Positions 54,358 through 63,993 of a stretch of 64,000 nt of DNA are shown here, piece by piece. The translations under genes were made by a program, and so were the position numbers. The notes under the pieces were generated by a model. That model made no database searches. It had not been told where the DNA came from and saw nothing but the letters and a program-made list of their open reading frames with translations. The first letter of the stretch is position 1. Each line of letters starts with the position of its first letter. The DNA is taken from the NCBI GenBank assembly GCA_020638635.1, contig JACKIE010000002.1, positions 133,140-197,139 of the forward strand, read 5' to 3'. The DNA comes from Planctomycetota bacterium. Its GTDB lineage: Bacteria > Planctomycetota > UBA8742 > UBA2392.

Positions 54358-55836
54358 ATGGCGAAGAAAGAGTCCAAAGCAGGCCAGATGGAAGGCACCG
54401 CGGTCGAGACCGCGGCCGAGCCCGCGCGCGTGCCGCCGGCGCCTGAGCCGCTGACGCTGGGCTCGCTGGTGCACAAGAACCGCATCGTGGACCTCAAGGG
54501 CACCGACAAGAACCTGGCGCTGGAGCAGATGGTGGCGACCGCCGCCCGCGCCCTGAACCTGGACGCCAGCCGGCAGGTGGACCTGACGGCCGCCGTGCAG
54601 GCGCGCGACGCCGCGCTGAGCACGCAGCTGGGGCGCGGCTGGGCGGCGCCCCACGCCATGATCGAGGGCGCGCCTGAGCTCGTGATGGTGGTCGGGCGCA
54701 GCAAGGCAGGTATCGACTACGGCCGGCCCGAGCTGGGACGCGTGCACCTGGTGTTCCTGTTCGTGAGCTCACCCAAGACGCACGACCAGTACCTGCGCGT
54801 GCTGGGGCAGCTCGCCAACGCGCTCAAGGACAGCGAGCAGAACGGGCGGCTCGAGCTGGCCTTGAACGCCGACACGCCCACCAAGCTGCGCAAGGCGCTG
54901 GGCGACAAGATGCGGCAGACGCGGGTGGTGGTCTCGCGCCGCTTACCACAGGTGACGCGGGCGCTGATCCGCAACCTGCTGCGGTTTGCCGACGACATCG
55001 ACGCAGAGGCGATCATCCTGTTCAGCGACGTGTTCCGGAACCCGAGCCTGCTGGCCTCGTTCATCAGCCGCAAGATCGTGCTGGCCACGCGCTCGGCCGA
55101 CATCCCGGACGTGCTGGTGGAAAAGGCCCGCGGCGTGGTGCACCTTGCGCGCGGCGATTTCAGCGAGGAAAGCGCCGTACAGCTCGCGCTGCTGTCTGCG
55201 GGCGCCAAGGGCATGCTGGGAGAAGGCAGCCGCGTGGTGGCCGTATGCGGCGAGAAAGGCAGCGACACGTTCGACACGGTGCGCATCGAGACGCCGCGCC
55301 TGATGCTGACCCGCATCTTCAGCAAGGCCGCTAAGGAAAGCGTACAGCCGGAGGTTTTCGAGCGCGCGCTGCAATTGATGCTCGAGTTGTCCGAAGAAGG
55401 GCGTGAGGGCAAGCCGATCGGTACCACCATGGTGCTCGGCGATGAGGAAGTCGTGCGCGAGATGACCCAGCAGCTCACCATCAACCCGTTCCGCGGCTAC
55501 GACGAATCCGAGCGCAACGTGCTGGACCCGGCGCTGGAGGAGACCATCAAGGAGTTCTCGCTGCTCGACGGCGCGTTCGTGGTGGGCGGCGGCGGCGTGC
55601 TGCATTCCGCGGGTGCCTACCTTTCGCCGCCGGCCGAGGCGCGCGTGGACCTGTCCTCCGGCCTGGGCACGCGCCACCGCGTGGCGGCGGCGATCACCAA
55701 GATGACCAAGGCCTTGGCGATCGTGCTGTCCCAGAGCACCGGGCGTGTGACCGTGTTCCGCGGCGGCAAGTCGGTGATGACCATCAGCCCCACACGCAGC
55801 CGCGTCGAGATTCCTTCCACGGGCGACGAGTCGTGA
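54358..55836 (+). CDS. diadenylate cyclase (DAC/DisA_N domain) fused to an N-terminal PTS-EIIA(type 2)-like domain and a central pyruvate-kinase-C-like domain
   Basis: The EIIA-like part has GRGWAAPHAM (His site) and VHLVFLFVSS. The DAC part has LLDGAFVV (DGA) and GLGTRHRVAAAIT (RHR). ATG 54358 was chosen within ORF 54256..55836. Confidence 0.8.
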   Translation: MAKKESKAGQMEGTAVETAAEPARVPPAPEPLTLGSLVHKNRIVDLKGTDKNLALEQMVATAARALNLDASRQVDLTAAVQARDAALSTQLGRGWAAPHAMIEGAPELVMVVGRSKAGIDYGRPELGRVHLVFLFVSSPKTHDQYLRVLGQLANALKDSEQNGRLELALNADTPTKLRKALGDKMRQTRVVVSRRLPQVTRALIRNLLRFADDIDAEAIILFSDVFRNPSLLASFISRKIVLATRSADIPDVLVEKARGVVHLARGDFSEESAVQLALLSAGAKGMLGEGSRVVAVCGEKGSDTFDTVRIETPRLMLTRIFSKAAKESVQPEVFERALQLMLELSEEGREGKPIGTTMVLGDEEVVREMTQQLTINPFRGYDESERNVLDPALEETIKEFSLLDGAFVVGGGGVLHSAGAYLSPPAEARVDLSSGLGTRHRVAAAITKMTKALAIVLSQSTGRVTVFRGGKSVMTISPTRSRVEIPSTGDES

Positions 55837-56228
55837 GCGAGCCGGGCGAAATCAGGCAGGCCGAGGCGGTGCGCAAGGGCGAGGGCAAGGTCGTCGAGGC
55901 CGAAGTCGTCCGCGAGTCCGCAAGCAGCGGCGAGGTCGAGCGCGTCACGGTGCGGCGCATCCCGGGCGGCATGCTGTTCGGGCGCAGCGCTTTCGAGTTC
56001 GGCGGCGACCCGGCCCTGGCACGCAAGCGCCTGCGCGACCTGCAGTTCAAGCTGTGGCTGTGGTTGCTCGGCTTTGCGGCCATCGCCGCCGGCTGCTTTT
56101 ACGGCGCATTCGTCACCGAGGTGGTGATCTGGGCGGCCATGCTGCTGGTCGGCGGCGCGGTCTGCCTATTCTGCGTGTCGTTCCTCTGGATGATCATCTG
56201 GGCCGTGCGCCGCATTCCCAAGCCGTAA
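55833..56228 (+). CDS. small membrane protein (two TM helices), translationally coupled to the DAC gene
   Basis: GTGA overlap with the upstream stop. Hydrophobic C-terminal half LWLWLLGFAAIAAGCFYGAF..MLLVGGAVCLFCVSFLWMIIW. Confidence 0.6.
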   Translation: MSEPGEIRQAEAVRKGEGKVVEAEVVRESASSGEVERVTVRRIPGGMLFGRSAFEFGGDPALARKRLRDLQFKLWLWLLGFAAIAAGCFYGAFVTEVVIWAAMLLVGGAVCLFCVSFLWMIIWAVRRIPKP

Positions 56229-56250
56229 CACGCCGCCTAGAATCCCGCCC

Positions 56251-57060
56251 ATGACTACCAACCGCAACCCGCAGGCCGCGCAGATGGCTGATGAATCCAT
56301 GGTGCGCAACCTGGCCGCGCAGGCCCAGGCGATCTGGCCGCAGGAGCGCGCACTGTTCGAGCGCTACGGCGCGCCGGCCCGCATCCTGGACCTGGCCTGC
56401 GGCACCGGCGAGATCACGCGCCGCCTGGCCGAGTTGTTTCCGCAGGCGCAGATCACCGGCGTTGACCTTGAGGAAACGCACCTCAACACCGCTCGCAAGT
56501 CCACGGCCGCGTTCGGCCCGCGCGTGAGCTTCGAGAAGGGTGACGCCTTCGAACTGGGCTTTGATGACGGCAGTTTCGAGCTCAGCGTCGTGCGCCATAT
56601 GTTGCAGGCCGTGCCCGATGCCGACCGGGTGCTGGCGCAGCTCAAACGCGTGACGCGCCCCGGCGGCCGCCTGCACGTGCTGGCGGAAGACTACTCGATG
56701 ATGCACTTCTGGCCCGTCGCCACGGACACGGACGAGTTCTGGCGCCTCGGGCCCGTGACCTACGCGCGCAACACCGGCAGCGACCTGCGCAGCGGCCGCA
56801 AGATCTTCAACTGGCTGAGCGAACTGGGCTGCCGCGACGTGCGGGTGGACTACGTGGTGTGCGACATAGTGCGCGTAGAGCGCGAACTGTTCGCGAGCAT
56901 CTGGGAGGCCTGGCGCGACGGCTACACCGACGTGATCGCGCAGAACACGAGCCTCAGCCGCGAGCAGGTGTGGGAAGGCTGGAACGACATGATCGCCGCC
57001 ATCCGCAACCCGCAAGGCTACGCCTGCTGGCAGATCCCGGTGATCAGCGCGGTGGTGTAG
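56251..57060 (+). CDS. class I SAM-dependent methyltransferase
   Basis: ILDLACGTGEITRRLA motif I, plus GRLHVLAED. Confidence 0.85.
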   Translation: MTTNRNPQAAQMADESMVRNLAAQAQAIWPQERALFERYGAPARILDLACGTGEITRRLAELFPQAQITGVDLEETHLNTARKSTAAFGPRVSFEKGDAFELGFDDGSFELSVVRHMLQAVPDADRVLAQLKRVTRPGGRLHVLAEDYSMMHFWPVATDTDEFWRLGPVTYARNTGSDLRSGRKIFNWLSELGCRDVRVDYVVCDIVRVERELFASIWEAWRDGYTDVIAQNTSLSREQVWEGWNDMIAAIRNPQGYACWQIPVISAVV

Positions 57061-57063
57061 GGG

Positions 57064-57150
57064 CACAGGCATTCCTGCCTGTGGTCGCGACGAAGTTTTC
57101 GCGACAATCGGGCTTCGCTCCACTCAGCCCCACTGGCAGGAATGCCGGTG
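57064..57150. repeat. REPIN-like doublet of a second REP family (intergenic)
   Basis: CACAGGCAttccTGCCTGTG (57064-57083) and its inverted copy CACTGGCAggaaTGCCGGTG (57131-57150) flank GTCGCGA..TCGCGAC. Confidence 0.6.
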
Positions 57151-57166
57151 CCACTGGGCGTCGCCC

Positions 57167-58132
57167 CTACTCGTGCTCTGCCAGCCAGCGCTCGGCGTCG
57201 ATCGCCGCCATGCAGCCTGAGCCGGCCGCCGTGATGGCCTGCCGGTAGGTGTGGTCCTGCACGTCGCCGCAGGCGAACACGCCTTCCACGCTGGTGTACG
57301 TGTTGGGGTGGCCCTTGGGCCCGCCGGCCTCGGCGCCTGTCACCAGGTAGCCGTTGTCGTGCATCTTGAGCTGGCCTTTGAACAGGTCGGTGTTGGGGAT
57401 GTGGCCAATGGCCAGGAACACGCCGTCAGCCTTGATTTCGCTGACTTCGCCGGTCCTGGTGTTCTTGCTCTTGATGCCGCACACGGTGCCGTTTTCGCGC
57501 AGCAGGTACTCGGTGGGCTGCTCATTGAGCGTCCACTTGATCTTCTCGTTCTTCTGCGCGCGCTCCAGCATGGTGGTGCTGGCGCGGAATTCTTCGCGGC
57601 GGTGAACCAGGTTCACGTCACCGAAGCGCGTCAGGAAGGTGGCCTCTTCCATGGCCGTGTCGCCGCCGCCGATCACGATCATGCTCTTGTTGCGGTAGAA
57701 CGCGCCGTCGCAGGTGGCGCAGGTGTGCAGGCCGCGGCTGATCAGCTTCTGCTCGCCGGGGATGTTCAGCAGGCGCGAGCGCGCGCCGGTGGCGATGATC
57801 ACCGCCTCGGCAGTGTAGAGCGTGTCGTCCACCCAGACCTTGAAGGGGCGCTCGCTGAAGTCAACCTTGCTGACGTCAACGTCCTCAAACTCGGCGCCGA
57901 AGTCGATCGCCTGCTGGCGCATGCGGGCCATCAGCTCGGGTCCCGCGATGCCGCCTCCCGGAAAGCCGGGGAAGTTCTCGATCTCCGTGGTCAGCATCAG
58001 CTGGCCGCCCGGGGGGCCTCCCGCGCCGAAGCCCGCGAACACGTGGGGTTTCAGGCCGGCGCGCGCCGCGTAAAGGGCCGCGGTGTCGCCCGCGGGGCCG
58101 GATCCGATGACAATCACCTTGTGCTCGCTCAT
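57167..58132 (-). CDS. trxB: thioredoxin-disulfide reductase
   Basis: VIVIGSGPAGDTAALYAAR, redox-active CATCDGAFY, and GGGDTAMEEA. ATG 58132 was chosen. Confidence 0.92.
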   Translation of the reverse strand: MSEHKVIVIGSGPAGDTAALYAARAGLKPHVFAGFGAGGPPGGQLMLTTEIENFPGFPGGGIAGPELMARMRQQAIDFGAEFEDVDVSKVDFSERPFKVWVDDTLYTAEAVIIATGARSRLLNIPGEQKLISRGLHTCATCDGAFYRNKSMIVIGGGDTAMEEATFLTRFGDVNLVHRREEFRASTTMLERAQKNEKIKWTLNEQPTEYLLRENGTVCGIKSKNTRTGEVSEIKADGVFLAIGHIPNTDLFKGQLKMHDNGYLVTGAEAGGPKGHPNTYTSVEGVFACGDVQDHTYRQAITAAGSGCMAAIDAERWLAEHE

Positions 58133-58243
58133 GTCTGACCTTTCAAGACCGGTTGTGTTTTCGAAGCTGTATAACAAGGCCGCCGTGCGCTGACACCCCT
58201 GAACACTGGCGCCTGCACTGTTTCGGCCCTAACATCCCGCACA

Positions 58244-58684
58244 ATGGCGGAACGCAAGGTCAATATCTGGTTCGCGCTGCTGCTGGGCTGGCTGGTTCCC
58301 GGTTTGGGGCACTTTTACGCCAGGCGGCAGCTGCACGGGCTGTTTTATTTCGCCACCATAGTCGGGCTGTATGGCGCCGGGATGGTGATCTCCGATGGCA
58401 CCGCCGTAAACGCCACGGACCACTTCTGGTATTTCCTGTGCCAGCTGCTGGCCGGTCCGGTCACGTTCGCCATCGAAGCTCTCCGCCACCCGGAGGGCAT
58501 CTACCTTGGCGAAAGCATCAGCATCATGGCCCACCAGACCGGCGTGGTGTACGCGGCCGTCGCGGGCGTGCTGAACCTGATTTCGATCTGCGAACTTTAC
58601 CGCCGTCACGCGCATCCCGAAGAGCCCGGGCCCTCCGACACCATGCGGGTGGACGCCATCAGCGGCAAGCAGGAGACGGCCTGA
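58244..58684 (+). CDS. hypothetical polytopic membrane protein
   Basis: 146 aa with four hydrophobic segments (IWFALLLGWLVPGLGHFY...). Confidence 0.6.
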   Translation: MAERKVNIWFALLLGWLVPGLGHFYARRQLHGLFYFATIVGLYGAGMVISDGTAVNATDHFWYFLCQLLAGPVTFAIEALRHPEGIYLGESISIMAHQTGVVYAAVAGVLNLISICELYRRHAHPEEPGPSDTMRVDAISGKQETA

Positions 58685-58875
58685 TGGACGCGCTGACTTA
58701 CGCCCTGTACTACGCGCCGGTCGCAATCATTGGCGGCCTGGTGATGGGCGTGGCCGGCAGCCGTGAGTTCAAGCGCGGGTTGCTGCGTGGCGCACTGAAC
58801 GGCGCGCTGCTTCTGGGCGGCATGGCGGCGCTGATCTTCCTGGCGCAGCTCGCGACGGATCCCACGATTCTTTAG
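58684..58875 (+). CDS. small membrane protein (63 aa)
   Basis: ATG overlaps the upstream TGA (TGATG). Two hydrophobic helices. Confidence 0.45.
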   Translation: MDALTYALYYAPVAIIGGLVMGVAGSREFKRGLLRGALNGALLLGGMAALIFLAQLATDPTIL

Positions 58876-59077
58876 AGATCAAAGGCCAGAGATCACAGGC
58901 CAGAGGTCGGAGGCCACGGAGAAGGCCTGCAGCTGCTTCCAGCGTGGTTCGACCGTAAAACCGCGAGGATGGCATGTCATTCAGTCACAGGCCCCGTATT
59001 GCTCTTCCCTGACCTCCGGCCTCTATACTCTGACCTCTGCCTCTGCCCGTTGCCCCGCCGCGCCATAACTGCTGAAA

Positions 59078-60289
59078 TTGGTACTTTCTGACGCACCGGA
59101 GTTTCCCTTGAGCGCGCGCGAGGCAGTGGTTCGCGAATTCGCCCCCGGCGAGCTGGTCTGCCGCCAGGGCGCGCAGGCGAATCGCGCGTTCATACTCAGG
59201 GCCGGCAGCCTGCGCAGTTCCGTGGTGCCGGAGAAGGTCCTCACAGAAGCCGACGATGCGCGCTTGCGCCGTGGGCATGACGTCAATCTGTACACGGAGG
59301 CCGGCGCGATTCTCGAGTTGGAAGGCGGGCTGACCGGCCACTACCTCACCAGCCTAATCGCGGGTGAAACCACCATTGTTGCGGAGTTCCCGGTGGATAC
59401 GCGCGCCGTCATGAGCATGATACAAGAAGCCCCGGCCTTCGGGTTGTCGCTCGCGCGTTCCCTTGCGCGGCGCATGGTGGCAGCCAACAAGAGCCTGGGC
59501 GGCGCGCAACGGCTGGCCAGCCGCTTCTTGCGCGACTTCCAGGGTCTGTGTACGGACTTCTACAACCTTGTGCAACGCATCGGCGACGATGCAGAAGGCG
59601 AAGACGACGTGCTGCAGGTGCTGAGCGCAGCCAAGCGCTCCTGGAGCTACGGCAACGGTGAAGTCGGCGGCGCCGAGCTGACCAAGAACACTCGCGTGAT
59701 CATGGCGCGCGTGGTGGACGACCGAAACATGGTGGGCAAGCAGCATCGCCTCAAGGCCGGCGACCTGCTGTGCCGCCGCGGCGACCCCGGCTATTCGGTT
59801 TACCTGCTCGTTAGCGGGCGCCTGTCGGTGCGTATCGGCAGCGAGCAGTACGGTGTGGTACGCCCCGGTGAAACGGTGGGCGAGATCGGCGTGCTGCTGG
59901 GCGATGAAGAGCCCAAACGAATTGCAGATATCCAGGCCGATGAACCCAGCGTGGTGGGCGTGATTCCCAGCGATCAGTTTCCAAAGCTGGTGATGGAACA
60001 GCCCAAGTTGCTGATCAACCTGTGCCGGCTGATGTGCCTGCGCGTAAAGTCATTCGAGCAACTGGCTGGCGAAAGCGAAGACGCCCTGCGCGCGGTGGCT
60101 GCCCGCTACGTGGGCGAAGACGCGACGTTCCTTGAGGACGTGGAGAAGCTGCGCGAGCAGCTGGAGATGCTGGCCGGCGAACACGACCTCCCGCTGGAAG
60201 GCGAGGTCGAAGCGCTGAATGCCATGGGCGAACGCTGGCTTGCGCGTCGTGAAGAGTTGAACGAAAAACTTCCCGCCGAGACAAGCTGA
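59078..60289 (+). CDS. protein with two cyclic-nucleotide-binding (Crp-type cNMP) domains
   Basis: FAPGELVCRQGAQANRAFILRAGSL and LKAGDLLCRRGDPGYSVYLLVSGRLSV..GETVGEIGVL. TTG start is uncertain. Confidence 0.75.
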   Translation: MVLSDAPEFPLSAREAVVREFAPGELVCRQGAQANRAFILRAGSLRSSVVPEKVLTEADDARLRRGHDVNLYTEAGAILELEGGLTGHYLTSLIAGETTIVAEFPVDTRAVMSMIQEAPAFGLSLARSLARRMVAANKSLGGAQRLASRFLRDFQGLCTDFYNLVQRIGDDAEGEDDVLQVLSAAKRSWSYGNGEVGGAELTKNTRVIMARVVDDRNMVGKQHRLKAGDLLCRRGDPGYSVYLLVSGRLSVRIGSEQYGVVRPGETVGEIGVLLGDEEPKRIADIQADEPSVVGVIPSDQFPKLVMEQPKLLINLCRLMCLRVKSFEQLAGESEDALRAVAARYVGEDATFLEDVEKLREQLEMLAGEHDLPLEGEVEALNAMGERWLARREELNEKLPAETS

Positions 60290-60850
60290 TCAGCGCCACT
60301 GCAGGTCCGACGAGCCTGTGGTCCAGGCGAACTTCAATGAACCTCTCCCCTTGTCGGCCGCGGCCGGGGTCGGTGAGCAGGTTACCTCGACGTCATGGAC
60401 TTCGCCGCGCAGCTCTCGGGGATCAGGGTCCACGTTGTAGTACTTGCCGCTGAACGAACCGCCGGCGTGTTCCCGTGAGAACGCCTGGAAGGCCTGAAAC
60501 GAGAGGCCGGTCCGGGCAAACGACACCCGCAGATAGTCGCGGGCTGTACCCATCAATTGCTCGCCTTCCGCCCGCTGGGCGTCACGGGTATTAGCGGAGG
60601 AAGCGGCCATTCCGACCATCGCCACAACGACCATGAACACCAGCATCAGCAAGACGCCGCCGATGATCAGTCCCCAGGCCCATCCGGGCATGCCCTTCTT
60701 CGCGGGCTGGTAGTAGGGGTACTGCTGCATCGCGTACTGAGGAGCTCCCGGGGCGGCCTGCTGCGGGTACTGCTGATATTGCGGCCCCTGGGGTTGCTGC
60801 GGGTAAGGCTGGCCCTGCGGCTGCTGTGAATAGCCGGGTGGGGGTTGCAT
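60290..60850 (-). CDS. hypothetical membrane protein with P/Q/Y-rich N-terminus and a single TM helix
   Basis: MQPPPGYSQQPQGQPYPQQPQ.., then WAWGLIIGGVLLMLVFMVVVAMVGMA, then a 100-aa extracytoplasmic domain. Confidence 0.6.
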   Translation of the reverse strand: MQPPPGYSQQPQGQPYPQQPQGPQYQQYPQQAAPGAPQYAMQQYPYYQPAKKGMPGWAWGLIIGGVLLMLVFMVVVAMVGMAASSANTRDAQRAEGEQLMGTARDYLRVSFARTGLSFQAFQAFSREHAGGSFSGKYYNVDPDPRELRGEVHDVEVTCSPTPAAADKGRGSLKFAWTTGSSDLQWR

Positions 60851-60925
60851 GGTTCTCTCCCGTGAGATCGCAATCAGTGTATGCCGAGACGATCCGTTCG
60901 CAAATTGGAAAACGTCAAAGCTTCG

Positions 60926-61690
60926 TCACTGGCGGCGCGTTAAGACGTAGGACAACGCGATGCCTTCGTGGGTGAGGCTGGGGGCGATCACGTCTATTCC
61001 CTCGATCTCAGGCGCCAGGTAGGCCCCGTATCCGCCGGTGGCGAACACGGTCGGCTTGCTTGAGTAGGTCTTCACCAGCTCACGCAGAATGTTGTTCACC
61101 AGCCCGATGTAGCCGTAGTACACCCCGCTGTTAATGGCATCTTCCGTGTTCGCCCCGATCACCGGCGGTCGGATACCGTCCGGCCGCACCAGCGGCAGCA
61201 GCGCGGTCTTCTGATGCAGCGCTTCCATAGCCAGGCCGATGCCGGGCGTTAACACGCCGCCGACGAACGCGCCGTCCTTGACGACGTCGAAGCTGACTGC
61301 GGTACCGAAATCCACGACGATCGCGTTTCCGCCGGAGCGTTCGCGGGCGGCCAGGGCGTTGACCAGTCGGTCTTGTCCGACCTTCTCGGGGGGGGTGGCG
61401 CGGTTATCAATGGGTACCACGATGTCCCGACCCAGCGCGCAGGCCTTGTCTCCGCCCAGGTTGCCCCAGGCGGTTTCCAGAGCCTCAAGGCCCCGCGGAT
61501 TGACGCTCGCGACCACCAACGGAAGCTTCAGCAGGACGGAAGTCCGCGCGCGCAGGGATTCCTGAACAACTTGTACGGGCGCGTGGCTGGAAACATCGAA
61601 CTGCGAAAGCACTTCAAGCCCGCGCATGTGCGCGATGGTGGCGCTGGTGTTGCCGATGTCGGCGGCGACGATTTCTGCGGAGTTGCTCAC
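60926..61690 (-). CDS. coaX: type III pantothenate kinase
   Basis: VAADIGNTSA, DRLVNALAA, VVDFGTAVSFDVV, GGVLTPGIGL and ATGGYG. GTGA overlap with the upstream gene. Confidence 0.88.
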   Translation of the reverse strand: MSNSAEIVAADIGNTSATIAHMRGLEVLSQFDVSSHAPVQVVQESLRARTSVLLKLPLVVASVNPRGLEALETAWGNLGGDKACALGRDIVVPIDNRATPPEKVGQDRLVNALAARERSGGNAIVVDFGTAVSFDVVKDGAFVGGVLTPGIGLAMEALHQKTALLPLVRPDGIRPPVIGANTEDAINSGVYYGYIGLVNNILRELVKTYSSKPTVFATGGYGAYLAPEIEGIDVIAPSLTHEGIALSYVLTRRQ

Positions 61691-63993
61691 GGCAGTGTGG
61701 TGCGCACGATGACGACATTGCCGTCGCGGTCAATGGCCAGCAGGTCGGGACGACCGTCGCCGGTGAAGTCGGCCAGCGACAGGTTGGTGGCGCGAAACTC
61801 GCCGACAGCCCTGGCGAGCGAGGCCTGAGCGTCGGTTGCCTCGCCGAACTGACCGCGCCCGTCGTTGACCCAAAGGGTCATGGTGTTGCCGCCTTCCGCC
61901 AGGTCTTCGCTGGCGATCAGGTCCAGGTCGCCGTCGCGGTCAAGGTCATCCAGCGCCAGGTCCAGCAGCCTACCCTTGGCAACGGGCGAGCCCTCGAAGG
62001 GCTCGAACTGGCGGCCGTTGCCGAGACGCAGCAGCGTAAGCTTTGCCTCTGCGTCCGTGGCGCCGAAGCCGACGGCAAGATCCAGCCGTCCGTCTCCGTC
62101 AAAGTCCGCGGGCGACAGCCCAAACAGGCGGCCCTTGACCGCGCCGCTGATCCAGGTTCGGAACGGGCCGATTTCATCGTCCGCGCTGCCGGTTCCTTCC
62201 AGCAGCACCAGGTACTGGGGCCCTGCGCCGTCCTCGCTGACCTGCATCACGGCCGCCACGTCCTCGATGCCGTCATTGGTGAAGTCGGCGCAGCACAACT
62301 CGCCCGAGAACTGGAGGCGCATGCCCGACTCTTCTCTGATCTCGAGCTGGGCGCGGCTTTCGCGCCAGCCGTCCCGGCCCTCATTGAACTGAACGCGCCC
62401 GAGGGGGCTGGGCCAAAGCACGTCCAGGTCGCCGTCGCGGTCGAAGTCGCCCAGGGCCGGCGCGCCGCGGAGCACGCTGGGCGGTGTGGGCAGCAGGTCC
62501 TGGTCGTCGCCGTCAAAGCGGCCCGCTCGGTTGTTGCGCAGCACGCGGGGTTTCTGGGCGGGATCGTTCGGTATGTACAGCAGGTCGGGCGCGCTGTCGC
62601 GGTCGAAGTCGATAGCCTGCAACACGCCGCCGGCACCCAGCGGCACACCTTCGCCGGCCAGGGTGAACGGTTCGCCCTCGGCGCCGCTAAGCCAGATCTG
62701 CAGGTTACCGTCGCGATCGAGCGCGGCCAGGTCCGTGCGCCCGTCGTCGTTGAAGTCGGCCATGGCTGCCGCCAGCGGCGCGGGGATCTGCGGCACCGGC
62801 TGGTACGCCTCGATGAAGCGCACCTTGCTGTCCACGGTGGGGGGCATGTCGGCCGGGTTGACCTTCAACACCAGCAGACCGGCGTTGGTCGCGAACACGA
62901 TGTGCTCGTGCCAGTACTCCATGGCCTCGATGCGCACGCGCGCTCCCATGGGCAGGATTGCGTCCGGGCTGGAATCGCCATCATCAGAATTCAGATAGAC
63001 ACCCACTTCGTCCGCCACGCCACGGTCGTCTTCGCGAGCCACCAGGATGTCCGTGCGGCTGTCGCGGTTGACGTCGCGACACAGCACGGCGCCTGCCAGA
63101 CGCGGCTGCTCACCGTTCAGGGAGAAAACTTTCCTGCGCAACCCGGCCCCCAACACCACTGACAGCTCGGGCTCGCGTCCGGTGAACACGAAATCCGTGT
63201 GTCGATCACCATCCAGTTCGCCGGTCACGACGCGCTGCGCGCCGGCCACGTCAAGCGGCAACACGCCCAGTTCAGTGCCGAAACCCGCGCCGTTGATGTT
63301 CAGCAGCAGGCGGCCTTTGCCGTCGGCGCCCATCACGTACAGGTCGGGCTTGCCGTCAGCGTTGGCGTCGTCGCACACCAGGGTGGCAGCAAGCGCACGA
63401 CCGGCGAGGCCGGAAACGAGTTGCGCAGGCCGCGCGGTATATTGCACCAGCACGTCGCCGAAGGCATCCAGGATGGCATAGTCGTCACGCCCGTCGCGGT
63501 CGAAGTCAGCGCTGCGCACACACAGCGGCGCCTCAAGTGGGATGGTCTCCGATTGTACCGCGAAACGCGACTCGCCGACGCGGGTCTGGTTGTAGAGGCT
63601 GAGCAGTCGGTACGCCTGCTTGCCCTGCAGCAGAACCAACAGGTCGAGAGCACCGTTGCCGTCGAAGTCGCCACAGGCGAAGTCCAGAGCTGCTTCGTCG
63701 CCGGCGGGCAAAATACCCTCCGCCCGGCCCATGGGGTCGGTCAGCGCGGTGATCGAACCGTCGCCGAACAGGCAGACAAGCTCCGGGTCACCATCACGGT
63801 TCAGGTCCGCGAGCTTCAGCTTGATCGGCGCCTTGTCTCTCACTCCGCGGCAGTACAGCCTGAACTCCGGCGATACGGTGGCTCCATAGGGATCGGATGA
63901 CGTGCCCGTGGTTTCCAGGACGTAGATACGCCTCGGTTCAAGCGGTTCGGCGGCTCTGGCGCGCAGGCCTTCGGGCCCGATGGAAAGCTGCAA
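61687..63993 (-). CDS. FG-GAP/VCBS repeat protein
   Basis: More than 10 repeats of the D.(D/N).DG..D(L/I) type (DFDGDGRLDL, DFDRDGDLDV, DLNRDGDPEL). The start is close to the window edge and may lie further upstream. Confidence 0.75.
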   Translation of the reverse strand: MQLSIGPEGLRARAAEPLEPRRIYVLETTGTSSDPYGATVSPEFRLYCRGVRDKAPIKLKLADLNRDGDPELVCLFGDGSITALTDPMGRAEGILPAGDEAALDFACGDFDGNGALDLLVLLQGKQAYRLLSLYNQTRVGESRFAVQSETIPLEAPLCVRSADFDRDGRDDYAILDAFGDVLVQYTARPAQLVSGLAGRALAATLVCDDANADGKPDLYVMGADGKGRLLLNINGAGFGTELGVLPLDVAGAQRVVTGELDGDRHTDFVFTGREPELSVVLGAGLRRKVFSLNGEQPRLAGAVLCRDVNRDSRTDILVAREDDRGVADEVGVYLNSDDGDSSPDAILPMGARVRIEAMEYWHEHIVFATNAGLLVLKVNPADMPPTVDSKVRFIEAYQPVPQIPAPLAAAMADFNDDGRTDLAALDRDGNLQIWLSGAEGEPFTLAGEGVPLGAGGVLQAIDFDRDSAPDLLYIPNDPAQKPRVLRNNRAGRFDGDDQDLLPTPPSVLRGAPALGDFDRDGDLDVLWPSPLGRVQFNEGRDGWRESRAQLEIREESGMRLQFSGELCCADFTNDGIEDVAAVMQVSEDGAGPQYLVLLEGTGSADDEIGPFRTWISGAVKGRLFGLSPADFDGDGRLDLAVGFGATDAEAKLTLLRLGNGRQFEPFEGSPVAKGRLLDLALDDLDRDGDLDLIASEDLAEGGNTMTLWVNDGRGQFGEATDAQASLARAVGEFRATNLSLADFTGDGRPDLLAIDRDGNVVIVRTTLP

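Noticed and set aside
53728-55677. Minus-strand ORFs (339, 255 and 244 aa) over fmt and the DAC gene
   Set aside because: They are antisense shadows of genes with strong signature motifs.
56194-58138. ORF 56194..57123 (-) and ORF 57251..58138 (+) opposite the methyltransferase and trxB
   Set aside because: They are antisense shadows. The methyltransferase and trxB motifs are unambiguous on the other strand.
60287-60292. Convergent genes whose stop codons abut as the palindrome TGATCA, with no intergenic spacer
   Set aside because: It is a real sequence feature but most simply a coincidence of compact gene packing. There is no evidence of function.
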